Shown: piece by piece, positions 1 to 9,376 of the stretch
Position numbering within the stretch: position 1 is the stretch's first letter
Layout: each line of letters opens with the position of its first letter
DNA from: an uncultured delta proteobacterium
GTDB lineage: Bacteria; Desulfobacterota; RBG-13-43-22
Direction of reading: 5' to 3'
DNA: 64,000 bases
NCBI GenBank assembly: GCA_963843145.1
Contig: CAWJJC010000003.1
Location: 64,001-128,000 of the forward strand
Notes under the pieces: model-generated
The model's database searches: none
Told to the model about the DNA's origin: nothing
The model's input: only the letters and a program-made list of their open reading frames with translations
Position numbers and translations under genes: made by a program

Positions 1-1
1 C

Positions 2-490
2 GAGTGGGGCGGGGTCCGAATTCTCAGCCTGAGCTTCTGGACCCTGGCGATCACCTTGGTCATCCTGGGCCTGGTTTTCGTTTTCATCTATAAGACGCGG
101 ATCGGTCTGGCCATGCGAGCGGTTTCCCGGGATATGGAAACCGTATCGCTGATGGGCGTTCCGGTAAACCGGGTCATCAGCCTGACTTTTGCACTGGGTT
201 CGGCTCTGGCAGCCGCCGGTGGGATTCTCTGGGCTATGAAATATCCCCAAATCAATCCCCTGATGGGGATTATCCCCGGTCTGAAGGCCTTTGTGGCAGC
301 GGTCCTGGGGGGGATTGGGAACGTTTTCGGCGCCGTGGCCGGAGGGCTGATTCTGGGAATCCTGGAAATACTCCTGGTCGCCTGGTTGCCTTCCCTGGCG
401 GGTTACCGGGATGCCCTGGCCTTTTTCCTTTTGATTACCATTCTCCTCCTTCGGCCGACGGGTCTTTTCGGCGAAAAGTCATCCGGTTAG
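2..490 (+). CDS. livH: Branched-chain amino acid ABC transporter permease (LivH family), 5' truncated by window edge
   Basis: Frame open from position 2; GLAMRAVSRD, KAFVAAVLGGIG and LLRPTGLFG motifs. Confidence 0.9.
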   Translation, partial: EWGGVRILSLSFWTLAITLVILGLVFVFIYKTRIGLAMRAVSRDMETVSLMGVPVNRVISLTFALGSALAAAGGILWAMKYPQINPLMGIIPGLKAFVAAVLGGIGNVFGAVAGGLILGILEILLVAWLPSLAGYRDALAFFLLITILLLRPTGLFGEKSSG

Positions 491-496
491 ATTTTT

Positions 497-1552
497 TTGG
501 CTAGAGTTTATCGGAGATTACCCTTGCTTTCCTCCCGCCGGGATACTATTTTCACCCTCTTAAGTGTGCCCGTCCTGCTGGCCGTCCTGTTTTTTTTCAG
601 CCGCTACAGTTCCGAGTACCAAATCCGGATCCTGAGCCTGGTCGGTATTTTCATTTCATTGGCGGTGAGTTACAACCTGATCAATGGGGTCACCGGACAG
701 TTTTCCCTGGCCCCCAACGCCTTCATCGCTCTGGGGGCTTATACCGCCGCCCTGCTGACCATGGCCCCGGAAGAAAAAAGGATTTCTTTTATTATCGAGC
801 CTTTGATCTGGCCGCTCAATCAGGTCTGCCTGCCTTTTCCCCTGGCCCTGCTGTCGGGGGGGGTGGTGGCGGCTTTGTTTGGTTTTCTGATCGGGTTTCC
901 CGTCTTCCGGGTCAAAGGGGATTATCTGGCCATCGTCACCCTGGGGTTCGGGGAAGTGGTCCGGGTAGCGGCCAATAACCTCCAATCAATTACCAACGGC
1001 CCTTTGGGCCTCAAGGGCCTTCCCCCCTATACCAATCTGTGGTGGTCCTGGGGGGTGGCGCTCCTGACCGTCGTTTTTGTGGCCCGGCTGGTTAGGGGCA
1101 GCTACGGCCGGGCGCTGAAGGCCGTTCGCCAGGACGAGCTGGCGGCGGCGGCCATGGGAATCAATGTCTTCTGGCATAAGATGCTGGCCTTCGTCATCAG
1201 CGCCTTTTTCGGCGGTCTGGGCGGTGGGCTCTTGGCCCATCTCATCACCACTATTTCACCGACCCTGTTTTCCTTCTTCCTGACCTTTAACCTCCTGATC
1301 ATGATTGTGGTGGGGGGGTTGGGGAGCATCACCGGATCGGTCATCGCGGCGGCCCTGATCACCTGGGGCGGGGAATGGCTCCGCTGGGTGGAGGAGCCGA
1401 TGCACCTTGGGCCTTGGCAGGTGCCGGGAATTCCCGGGATGCGCATGGTCTTGTTTTCCTTTATTCTATTAGTGGTCATCCTCTTCGCCCGGGAAGGGCT
1501 CATGGGCCGGAGGGAATTTTCCTGGGATAAGGTGTTACGCCGAAGGCCATGA
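497..1552 (+). CDS. livM: Branched-chain amino acid ABC transporter permease (LivM family)
   Basis: GVTGQFSL, GDYLAIVTLGFGE and VVGGLGSITG motifs; start codon uncertain. Confidence 0.9.
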   Translation: MARVYRRLPLLSSRRDTIFTLLSVPVLLAVLFFFSRYSSEYQIRILSLVGIFISLAVSYNLINGVTGQFSLAPNAFIALGAYTAALLTMAPEEKRISFIIEPLIWPLNQVCLPFPLALLSGGVVAALFGFLIGFPVFRVKGDYLAIVTLGFGEVVRVAANNLQSITNGPLGLKGLPPYTNLWWSWGVALLTVVFVARLVRGSYGRALKAVRQDELAAAAMGINVFWHKMLAFVISAFFGGLGGGLLAHLITTISPTLFSFFLTFNLLIMIVVGGLGSITGSVIAAALITWGGEWLRWVEEPMHLGPWQVPGIPGMRMVLFSFILLVVILFAREGLMGRREFSWDKVLRRRP

Positions 1553-2328
1553 CTCTGCTGGAGATCCGCCACCTGACGTTATTTTTTGAAGGGCTGATGG
1601 CCGTCAACGATTTTTCCTGGCAGGTAGGGCCGGGGAAGATCATGGGCCTGATCGGGCCGAACGGGGCCGGAAAGACAACGGTTTTCAATCTGATTACCGG
1701 GGTGTTGAAACCCCGGGAGGGGCGGATTCGTTTCAACGACCGGGAGATTACCGGCTGGCCGCCCCACGCCGTTTGCCGGGAGGGCATCGGCCGCACCTTT
1801 CAGAACATCCGGCTGCTGCCCGAGATGACCGTGCTGGAAAACGTTCTGGTGGCCTTTCACGTCCGCCTGCGATCCTCTTTCTGGGGCGCGGTTTTCCAAT
1901 TTCCCCGCTATCGGCAGGAAGAGCGGTCCATGCAGCGCGAGGCGCGGGCTATTCTGGAACGGATGGGACTGGCAGAAAAGGCGGAGGCCTCGGCCCACTC
2001 CCTGACCTACGGCCAGCAGCGGAAGCTGGAGATCGCCCGGGCCCTGGCGACCCGGCCGCAACTGTTGTTGCTGGACGAACCGGCCGCGGGCATGAATCCC
2101 CGGGAAACCGTAGAGTTGATGGCGCTTATCCGGCAAATCCGCTCTGATTTTAAGCTGTCTCTCCTGGTGATTGAACACGATATGCGCTTTGTGGCCGGAC
2201 TCTGTGATGGGGTGAAGGTACTTGACTACGGGGCCACGATTGCCGAAGGAACCCCCCAGGAAATTCAGCATGACCCCCGGGTGATCGAAGCCTATCTGGG
2301 GAAGAAGCAAGAGGGGATGCCGGAATAG
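1549..2328 (+). CDS. livG: ABC transporter ATP-binding protein (LivG family)
   Basis: Walker A GPNGAGKT, LLLLDEPAAG, VIEAYLG; ATGA overlap with livM. Confidence 0.93.
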   Translation: MTLLEIRHLTLFFEGLMAVNDFSWQVGPGKIMGLIGPNGAGKTTVFNLITGVLKPREGRIRFNDREITGWPPHAVCREGIGRTFQNIRLLPEMTVLENVLVAFHVRLRSSFWGAVFQFPRYRQEERSMQREARAILERMGLAEKAEASAHSLTYGQQRKLEIARALATRPQLLLLDEPAAGMNPRETVELMALIRQIRSDFKLSLLVIEHDMRFVAGLCDGVKVLDYGATIAEGTPQEIQHDPRVIEAYLGKKQEGMPE

Positions 2329-2338
2329 AGGCTTCAAA

Positions 2339-2367
2339 ATGAACATCGAACAAAGAACTTTCAACAT
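2339..2367. repeat. Short 7-nt periodic array (AACATCG family)
   Basis: atgaacatcgaacaaagaactttcaacat matches 51214-51242 at 25 of 29 positions. Confidence 0.6.
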
Positions 2368-3073
2368 GTTAAAAGTCACTGATCTTCAGGTCCGCTATCA
2401 GGGTATCGAAGCGCTGAAAGGTATTTCCTTCCAAGTTCCCCAGGGCCGTATTGTCTCCCTGATCGGGGCCAACGGAGCCGGGAAAAGCACGGCCCTGCGG
2501 ACGGTGGCCGGCCTGGCGCGCCCGGCGGGAGGGAAGATATTCTTCCAGGGACAGGAAATATCCCGGAGGCCGGTCCATGACATCACCCGGCTGGGCATCA
2601 GCCTAGTACCGGAGGGCCGCAAGATTTTTTCCAATCTTTCGGTCCTGGAAAACCTCTACCTGGGGGCTTACACCCGACCGAGGGATGCCGCCTTCATCAA
2701 AGATCTGGAGTGGGTTTACTCGGTGTTTCCCCGGTTGGAAGACCGGAAGCGTCAGCGGGCCGGGACCCTTTCCGGAGGGGAACAGCAGATGCTGGCCCTA
2801 GGTCGGGCACTGATGGCCTCCCCCAAGCTCCTGATGATGGATGAACCTTCGCTGGGACTGGCGCCCCAGTTGGTAGCCGAGGTCTTTGGGGTGATCCGGA
2901 AAATACATGAGGCGGGGACCACCATTCTGCTCATCGAGCAGAATGCCTGGGGGGCGCTGGAAGTGGCCGATTACGCGTATGTGTTGGAGATCGGCCGCAT
3001 TGTCCTGCAAGGAAAGGGGTCGGATCTGCTGGCCGATGATGCCATTCGCCGGGCCTATTTGGGGGAAGGATAG
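2366..3073 (+). CDS. livF: ABC transporter ATP-binding protein (LivF family)
   Basis: GANGAGKS, LSGGEQQML, MDEPSLGLAP; second ATG chosen because the upstream codons are repeat sequence. Confidence 0.93.
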   Translation: MLKVTDLQVRYQGIEALKGISFQVPQGRIVSLIGANGAGKSTALRTVAGLARPAGGKIFFQGQEISRRPVHDITRLGISLVPEGRKIFSNLSVLENLYLGAYTRPRDAAFIKDLEWVYSVFPRLEDRKRQRAGTLSGGEQQMLALGRALMASPKLLMMDEPSLGLAPQLVAEVFGVIRKIHEAGTTILLIEQNAWGALEVADYAYVLEIGRIVLQGKGSDLLADDAIRRAYLGEG

Positions 3074-3077
3074 GGCT

Positions 3078-3210
3078 GAGGAGGGGAGATGGAAGAGGGA
3101 AGAGGGAAGAAAAGAATAGAAGACAGAGGAGAGAAGGGAGAAGACAGAAAGATGGAAGATGGAAGATGGAAGCGGAAGGCAGAAGAGAAAAGAAGACAGC
3201 AGGGAGATAG
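3078..3210. repeat. Purine-rich 7-nt periodic array (AAGATGG/AAGAGGG/AAGACAG)
   Basis: Nearly pure A/G tract containing gaagagggaagagggaaga and aagatggaagatggaagatggaag. Confidence 0.8.
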
Positions 3211-3231
3211 TTGGTTGGGAATAGGATTGTG

Positions 3232-4572
3232 ATGAGTAGGGACCTATCAGCATCTGAAGAAACGAAAGGCCGAGAAAACGTACCCCTAGCCGAGCGGATG
3301 CGACCCCGCAGGCTGGAAGAATTTATCGGGCAAAACCATTTGTTAGGCCCGGGGAAATTTCTGCGGAGCATGCTGGAGAGCGGCCGGATTTTTTCCATCC
3401 TCTTGTGGGGGCCGCCAGGATCCGGGAAAACGACCTTGGCCCGGATGGTCGCCCACTACGCCCAAGCCCATTTCGTCCAGTTCTCCGCGGTGCTTTCCGG
3501 GGTCAAGGAGATTCGGGAAGTGGTCAAGGAGGCCGAAGAGCGGCTGCGGGTTGAAAATCGGAAAACCATTCTTTTCGTGGATGAAATCCACCGTTTCAAC
3601 AAAGCCCAGCAGGACGCCTTTCTGCCGCATGTCGAACGGGGGCTGATTACGCTGGTCGGGGCGACTACCGAGAATCCGTCTTTTGAGGTGATCGCCCCGC
3701 TGCTCTCCCGGACCAAGGTTTTAGTGCTGAAACGTCTGGCCGCCGAAGACCTGGGAAAGATTATCGACCAGGCCCTGACTGATCCGGAGCGGGGGTTGGG
3801 GCACTCTCCCTTAGCTCTCGATTCCGAGGCCCTGGAGTTGTTGAAGTGGAAGGCGGATGGCGATGCCCGGGTCGCCCTGAACACCCTGGAACAGGCCTGG
3901 GCTTTAACCAACGCGGATGCGGCGAAAGGTTCCCGGATTACCCTGACGGTCATGGAGGAGGCCATCCAGAAGAAAGCCCTGCAATACGACCAGGGCGGGG
4001 AAGAGCATTATAACCTCATCTCGGCCCTTCATAAAAGCCTGCGAGGCGGAGACCCCGATGCCGCCCTCTACTGGCTGGCCCGCATGCTGACCGCCGGGGA
4101 AGATCCCTTGTTCATCGTCCGCCGATTGATTCGTTTCGCCACGGAAGATGTGGGACTGGCCGATCCCCAGGCTTTGCCCCAGGCCCTGGCGGCTAAAGAG
4201 GCCTACCATTTTTTGGGATCGCCCGAGGGGGAACTGGCCCTGGTCCAGGCCACGATCTATCTGGCCACCGCTCCCAAGAGCAACACCCTCTACCGGGCCT
4301 ATGGCGCGGTGCGGGAGGATGTGGAAAAATTTCAATCTCTGCCGGTACCGTTTCACCTCCGCAATGCCCCGACCAAACTGATGAAAGGGCTGGGATACGG
4401 TCGGGGATACCGTTATGCTCATGATTATCCTCAGGCTCTGGTACCTCAAGAGTATCTGCCGGACCCGTTACGAGGCCGGACCTATTACCAGCCCACGGAC
4501 CGCGGGTATGAAAAAACAGTGCGGGAACGATTGGCGGTTTGGAGAAAGAGGTTGAATCCAGGGAAGGGGTAG
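3232..4572 (+). CDS. rarA: Replication-associated recombination protein A (MgsA/RarA AAA+ ATPase)
   Basis: PLAERMRP, WGPPGSGKTT, FVDEIHRFNKAQQDA, GATTENPSFEV, ISALHKSLRG, VPFHLRNAPT. Confidence 0.95.
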   Translation: MSRDLSASEETKGRENVPLAERMRPRRLEEFIGQNHLLGPGKFLRSMLESGRIFSILLWGPPGSGKTTLARMVAHYAQAHFVQFSAVLSGVKEIREVVKEAEERLRVENRKTILFVDEIHRFNKAQQDAFLPHVERGLITLVGATTENPSFEVIAPLLSRTKVLVLKRLAAEDLGKIIDQALTDPERGLGHSPLALDSEALELLKWKADGDARVALNTLEQAWALTNADAAKGSRITLTVMEEAIQKKALQYDQGGEEHYNLISALHKSLRGGDPDAALYWLARMLTAGEDPLFIVRRLIRFATEDVGLADPQALPQALAAKEAYHFLGSPEGELALVQATIYLATAPKSNTLYRAYGAVREDVEKFQSLPVPFHLRNAPTKLMKGLGYGRGYRYAHDYPQALVPQEYLPDPLRGRTYYQPTDRGYEKTVRERLAVWRKRLNPGKG

Positions 4573-4634
4573 GGTATTTAAAGTGTTAATAATCAATTGT
4601 CAATTATTAATTAAGAGCGGATAAAAGGCCGGGA

Positions 4635-4763
4635 ATGAAAATTGGAAAACGGGTAGGTGCCGCGGTCTTTTTGCTGCTGCTTCTGGCCGGCTGCGGAGAC
4701 CAACCCGGGATTGAAGGCCCCGGCCGCTTGCGGATCAATAGAAAGGGAGTGTGTTTTCCATGA
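4635..4763 (+). CDS. Putative 42-aa lipoprotein or gene remnant (not in ORF track)
   Basis: MKIGKRVGAAVFLLLLLAGC: basic N-region, hydrophobic core, lipobox LAGC; stop overlaps pgi ATG (ATGA). Confidence 0.5.
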   Translation: MKIGKRVGAAVFLLLLLAGCGDQPGIEGPGRLRINRKGVCFP

Positions 4764-6199
4764 AACGATGGCAGGATCCCAGTTGGGTGGAAGAAATGAA
4801 ATTGGAATTGGATTTTAACCTGATGATGGCCCCGCCGCTGGACCCAGGGTCGGGAATCGTTGACCAAGATATCCAGGACTTGGTCCCCCTATTCCGAGAA
4901 ATTCATCAGGGCCTGTCAAATCAGAGGACCGCGGGCCAGCTTCCTTTTCTGACGATACCCTTTCATCCTTCCCTGGTCCAGGAGATCAAGAAATATGCCC
5001 GCCAGGTTAAGGGCTGGGTTGAAAATTTTGTAGTACTGGGGATAGGCGGGTCGGCTCTAGGGGCCAGGGCCCTGCAAACCGCCTTAAACCACCCCTACCA
5101 CAACCTGCTTTCGCGAACCATGCGCAAAGGATTCCCCCGCCTCTTCGTCCTAGACAATGTGGATCCCGACGGCTTCAAGGCCCTAGTGGATATGATCGAT
5201 GTTCGAAAAACCCTTTTCAACGTGATCAGCAAATCCGGCGGGACGGCGGAAACCATGAGTCAGTTCCTGATCGTCCGCGAGATCCTTAAGAAACGGTTGG
5301 GAAATCGGAAAGAAACGGACCATCTGGCGATTACCACCGACCCGGTCAAGGGAATATTGCGGAAAATCGCCCAGGAGGAACAAATCGCCAGTTTTTCAAT
5401 CCCGCCTTTGCTGGGTGGAAGGTTTTCGGTCCTCTCCGCGGTTGGTTTGTTGCCGGCGGCCATGGTGGGCATCGACATCAGTGAACTTTTGGCTGGGGCC
5501 CGGGAAATGGAACAACGCTGTCGATTCGAAGAGGTCCTGCAAAATCCCGCCTACCTTTGCGCTGCCTTGGCCTACCTGGCTTTTCAAAAGAAGCAAAAAT
5601 CAATCCGGGTCTTTATGCCCTATGTGGATGCCTTGAAAGGCGTCGGGGAATGGTTTGTCCAGCTTTGGGCCGAGAGTCTGGGAAAACGGTTTAACCAGAA
5701 GGGCCAGGAGGTCTGGGTTGGGCAGACCCCCATCGTGGCTTTAGGCGCCACGGACCAGCATTCTCAATTGCAACTTTATATGGAAGGGCCTCCCGACAAA
5801 GTGTTGACCCTGGTGGGGGTTAGAAATTACACCGGGATGCAGCCCATTCCCAAGATGTATCCCGAGGCCGAAGCCCTGGCCTACTTGGGCGGCCACTCTT
5901 TAAACGAGTTGATCCAAGCCGAATTACAAGCAACCCGAATGAGCCTGGCAAAAAATGGCCGTCCCAGTCTATTGATTACCCTCCCGAGGATCAACCCCTT
6001 CACCGTCGGGCAGTTGTTGTTCCTTTTAGAACTCGAAACCTATCTTTGTGGACAACTTCTATCCATCGACCCCCTGGATCAACCCGGAGTGGAACAGGGA
6101 AAGGTGCTGGCCTATGCCTTGTTAGGCCGAAAGGGTTTTGAGAATCAAGTTCAGGGTTGGGACCCTTTTATGATAAGCGAAGCCCAATATAAGCGTTAG
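4760..6199 (+). CDS. pgi: Glucose-6-phosphate isomerase
   Basis: VLGIGGSALG, VISKSGGTAET, GGRFSVLS, QLWAESLGK, GATDQHS, DQPGVEQGK. Confidence 0.95.
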   Translation: MKRWQDPSWVEEMKLELDFNLMMAPPLDPGSGIVDQDIQDLVPLFREIHQGLSNQRTAGQLPFLTIPFHPSLVQEIKKYARQVKGWVENFVVLGIGGSALGARALQTALNHPYHNLLSRTMRKGFPRLFVLDNVDPDGFKALVDMIDVRKTLFNVISKSGGTAETMSQFLIVREILKKRLGNRKETDHLAITTDPVKGILRKIAQEEQIASFSIPPLLGGRFSVLSAVGLLPAAMVGIDISELLAGAREMEQRCRFEEVLQNPAYLCAALAYLAFQKKQKSIRVFMPYVDALKGVGEWFVQLWAESLGKRFNQKGQEVWVGQTPIVALGATDQHSQLQLYMEGPPDKVLTLVGVRNYTGMQPIPKMYPEAEALAYLGGHSLNELIQAELQATRMSLAKNGRPSLLITLPRINPFTVGQLLFLLELETYLCGQLLSIDPLDQPGVEQGKVLAYALLGRKGFENQVQGWDPFMISEAQYKR

Positions 6200-6340
6200 C
6201 CAAAAATTCTTGCAATTTTTGGTTCAGAATAGTCAAGGTACGGTTCAAGAAAGGAATTCCGCATCAAATCCCTTGAGGCAAATCCGGACAGGGTAAAACC
6301 TTTCAAGCTGGTCAAATACTTCTTCCTGAGCAGCTTCCTG

Positions 6341-7690
6341 GTGATGCTGATCTTTGCCTTTTCCCTGGCCTATCTCATCACCCAGCGCTCGGAAAAGACG
6401 TTGCTAAAAAAAACCGAGGACTTCGCTTTACTCCTGGCGGAGAATTTGAACCATCAGGTTTTTTTCAATTTCGTGCTGCCCGTGACTGTCAAGTTCGGGC
6501 AGGTTCAATTGCGGAACACGGACCAATTTAATCTCCTCGATCAGATCATCCGTAATACCCTGTACAGTTTCAAGATCGAAACCGTGAATATCTACGACCC
6601 CCGAAATGTTCTGGCTTATAGCACCGACCGAAGTATGGTGGGGAAAAAAGAGGCGGGCGGCACCGACTATAAGAAAGCCATGAAAGGTAAATACAGTTCT
6701 CGTTTGATCAGCGAAGATGTGTTTATGGAGATCTGGCCCCGGAAGCTCCCACCGACTAAAAAGTTGATCACCACTATTCCTTTCCGGGTGGAAAGCCCGA
6801 CGGCCAAACGGACCGGGCAGATTTTGGGGGTCTTTGAGATCACCCAGGACATCTCCGGGGATTATCAGGATATCCTCTGGGATCAATACCTCCTGGTCCT
6901 GATTTCCGTCGTCCTGATTCTTTTGTTGTTTGTCGTCCTGCTTTTTATTGTCAAACGGGGGGAAACGATCATCGATAAAAGAGCGGAGGAGCGTAAGAAA
7001 TTAGTGGAAAAATTGCACCAATCCGAAAGAATGGCCAGCCTGGGAGCGATGATCGCTTCGGTTTCCCATGAAATTAAAAACCCCTTGGGAATCATCCGCA
7101 GCACCGCCGACCTGCTGGAAAAGAAGATCAGGCAATACGAACCGGAAAACCAATTGGCCTCCGTGATCGGTGAGGAGTCGGTACGTTTAAACCGGATCGT
7201 TACTGAATTCCTGGATTTTGCCCGTCCGCAGGTAGTGCAATATCTGCCGCTAGAAATAGAGGCACTTTTAGAAAAAAATCTGCAATTCCTGGATCCGGAG
7301 ATTCAAAAGCAGGGAGTAACGGTCACCAAGTTCTTTTCCCCCTCGGCCCAGCCCCTTTTCGGGGACCCGGACTTGCTCTACCGGACCTTCCTGAATATCC
7401 TCCTCAACGCGTTGCAAGCCATGCCGGAAGGCGGAATCTTGAGCCTGACTGTCCGCCACCAGCCCCAGGAAGTGGAAGTGGAGATCAGTGATACCGGATC
7501 GGGTTTTTCCCCAGAGGCCCTGGAAAAGGCCTTCGATCCCTTCTTTACTACTAAAGAAAAAGGAAGCGGACTGGGCCTGGCGATCGTTAAAAATACTATC
7601 GAGGCCCATCAGGGCAGGATTAGTCTGGAGAATGGAGTCCACGGAGGTGTAGCGGTCCGTATCGTTTTGCCCAGGGGGGCCACGGCCTGA
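6341..7690 (+). CDS. Membrane sensor histidine kinase (NtrB/ZraS-like); true start probably further upstream
   Basis: Two TM segments, H-box SHEIKNPL, N-box NILLNALQAM, DTGSG, PFFTTKEKGSGLGL. Confidence 0.92.
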   Translation: MMLIFAFSLAYLITQRSEKTLLKKTEDFALLLAENLNHQVFFNFVLPVTVKFGQVQLRNTDQFNLLDQIIRNTLYSFKIETVNIYDPRNVLAYSTDRSMVGKKEAGGTDYKKAMKGKYSSRLISEDVFMEIWPRKLPPTKKLITTIPFRVESPTAKRTGQILGVFEITQDISGDYQDILWDQYLLVLISVVLILLLFVVLLFIVKRGETIIDKRAEERKKLVEKLHQSERMASLGAMIASVSHEIKNPLGIIRSTADLLEKKIRQYEPENQLASVIGEESVRLNRIVTEFLDFARPQVVQYLPLEIEALLEKNLQFLDPEIQKQGVTVTKFFSPSAQPLFGDPDLLYRTFLNILLNALQAMPEGGILSLTVRHQPQEVEVEISDTGSGFSPEALEKAFDPFFTTKEKGSGLGLAIVKNTIEAHQGRISLENGVHGGVAVRIVLPRGATA

Positions 7691-7729
7691 ACGCCCTTTA
7701 ACAAGAACCTATAAATCCGAAATCCGAAA

Positions 7730-9172
7730 ATGGAAACTCTATTAGTTGTCGATGACGAAAAAAACTATCTCCTGGTGTTGAAGGAATTGCTGGCCGACGA
7801 GGGCTATGAGGTGTTGACGGCCCAATCCGGCGCCGACGCCTTGGCCATTCTTAACGAAACGGAATTGGACCTGGTCGTCACCGATATGAAAATGCCAGGA
7901 ATGAGCGGTTTGGAGTTGTTGGAAAAATTGAAACAGAAAGACCCTCAATTGCCGGTGGTCATGATGACCGCCTTCGGTACCGTAGAAAAAGCGGTTGAGG
8001 CCATGAAAAAAGGGGCGTTTGATTATATTTCCAAACCGTTTGATAACGAAAGTCTGAAAAAAACCGTAGCCACGGCTTTGAATATGTGGCGGGTGATCAA
8101 GGAGAACCGTTTTCTTTCCCAGGAATTAAAGGCAAAATTTGGACCCTCCGATTTAATTGGAAACAGTCTGGCCATTCGACAGGTTCGTGAACTTATTCAA
8201 AAAGTCGCTGCAACCAAGGCGACGGTCCTGGTGACCGGTGAGTCCGGCACCGGCAAGGAATTGGTGGCCCGGGCCATTCACGCGCAGAGCCCGCGGAGAG
8301 ACAAGCCCCTGATTTCGGTCAACTGCTCGGCCTTGGCCGAAACCTTGCTAGAGAGTGAATTATTCGGTCATGAACGGGGGTCCTTCACCGGGGCCACGAG
8401 TCAGCGGAAAGGCCGATTCGAAATCGCCGATGGGGGAACCCTGTTCTTGGATGAAGTTGGGGAAATGGCCCCTAGCGTTCAGGTCACCCTGCTGCGGGTT
8501 TTGCAAAACCGGGAATTTGAACGGGTGGGCGGCAACAAAACCATCAAGGTGGATGTACGCTTGATAGCCGCCTCCAACCGGGATTTGAAGGAGGAAATAC
8601 CCAGAGGAACTTTTCGAGAGGACTTATATTATCGATTGAATGTAGTCCACATCGAGGTTCCTCCCTTAAGAGACCGGCGGGACGATTTGCCTCTACTGAT
8701 TCGCTACTTTCTGGAGCGTTTTTCCAAAGAACTGAATAAGGAGACCCCCACCCTGAGTTCCGAGGCGATGACCGTCATCAGGGATTACTCCTGGCCGGGG
8801 AATATCCGGGAATTAGAGAATATGCTGGAGCGAGCGGTTATCCTGGCCTCCAGTTCATTGATCCACGCGGAGGACCTTCCCATTCATCCCAAGGGCCGGA
8901 CGAGCCAGGACTGGTCGGCCGACGAGGTTATTCCCCCGGGTTTAAAGCTGAATGAGGTCCTGGAGATGGTGGAAAAGAAAATGATCCTCAATGCCTTAGC
9001 CAAAACAGGCCATGTCCAGTCCCATGCGGCGGAACTCTTGGGGATTGAGAAAAATTTATTTAAATATAAAATGCGAAAATACGGGTTGGTAATCCTGAGA
9101 TTAAGTAGACGAAGATCAATGGTTGCCTTTGGGCTTAAAAAGGGAGCAGTAAAAAAAATTTTACCAAAATAA
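7730..9172 (+). CDS. Sigma54-dependent response regulator (REC-AAA+-Fis HTH); real stop likely TAA at 9090-9092
   Basis: VVDDE, TDMKMP, GESGTGKE, ESELFGHERGSFTGA, FLDEVGE, WPGNIREL, C-terminal HTH ending KMRKYGL. Confidence 0.93.
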   Translation: METLLVVDDEKNYLLVLKELLADEGYEVLTAQSGADALAILNETELDLVVTDMKMPGMSGLELLEKLKQKDPQLPVVMMTAFGTVEKAVEAMKKGAFDYISKPFDNESLKKTVATALNMWRVIKENRFLSQELKAKFGPSDLIGNSLAIRQVRELIQKVAATKATVLVTGESGTGKELVARAIHAQSPRRDKPLISVNCSALAETLLESELFGHERGSFTGATSQRKGRFEIADGGTLFLDEVGEMAPSVQVTLLRVLQNREFERVGGNKTIKVDVRLIAASNRDLKEEIPRGTFREDLYYRLNVVHIEVPPLRDRRDDLPLLIRYFLERFSKELNKETPTLSSEAMTVIRDYSWPGNIRELENMLERAVILASSSLIHAEDLPIHPKGRTSQDWSADEVIPPGLKLNEVLEMVEKKMILNALAKTGHVQSHAAELLGIEKNLFKYKMRKYGLVILRLSRRRSMVAFGLKKGAVKKILPK

Positions 9173-9241
9173 TTTAATTAATTTAGATGGTTATATTTAT
9201 GACCGCGTAGGAATTTCTCTTGCAGGTAAAAAAAATTTTAC
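9149..9241. promoter_or_regulatory. Two identical palindromic sites GTAAAAAAAATTTTAC (9149-9164 and 9226-9241), putative enhancer (UAS) sites
   Basis: Exact 16-bp direct repeat, each GTAAAA-N4-TTTTAC, 77 bp apart, upstream of a -24/-12 promoter. Confidence 0.7.
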
Positions 9242-9351
9242 TTTTATGGGCATTGAGGCCAAGACGGTTTGGGGGGAGGCAAAAGGGTCTTATTTAATAT
9301 ATTTAATAATATCATATAATTAAATAGATTATGGAATGCCCTCCCCCTCGT

Positions 9352-9367
9352 TGGTATGAGGCTTGCA
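9352..9367 (+). promoter_or_regulatory. Sigma54 (-24/-12) promoter
   Basis: TGGTAT-GAGGC-TTGCA with GG at 9353-54 and GC at 9365-66; IHF-like TATCATATAATTA at 9310-9322. Confidence 0.75.
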
Positions 9368-9376
9368 TTACCAAAA

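Noticed and set aside
9090-9172. C-terminal extension of the sigma54 activator
   Set aside because: It runs over the first UAS palindrome; removing one G gives the usual KYGL* end.
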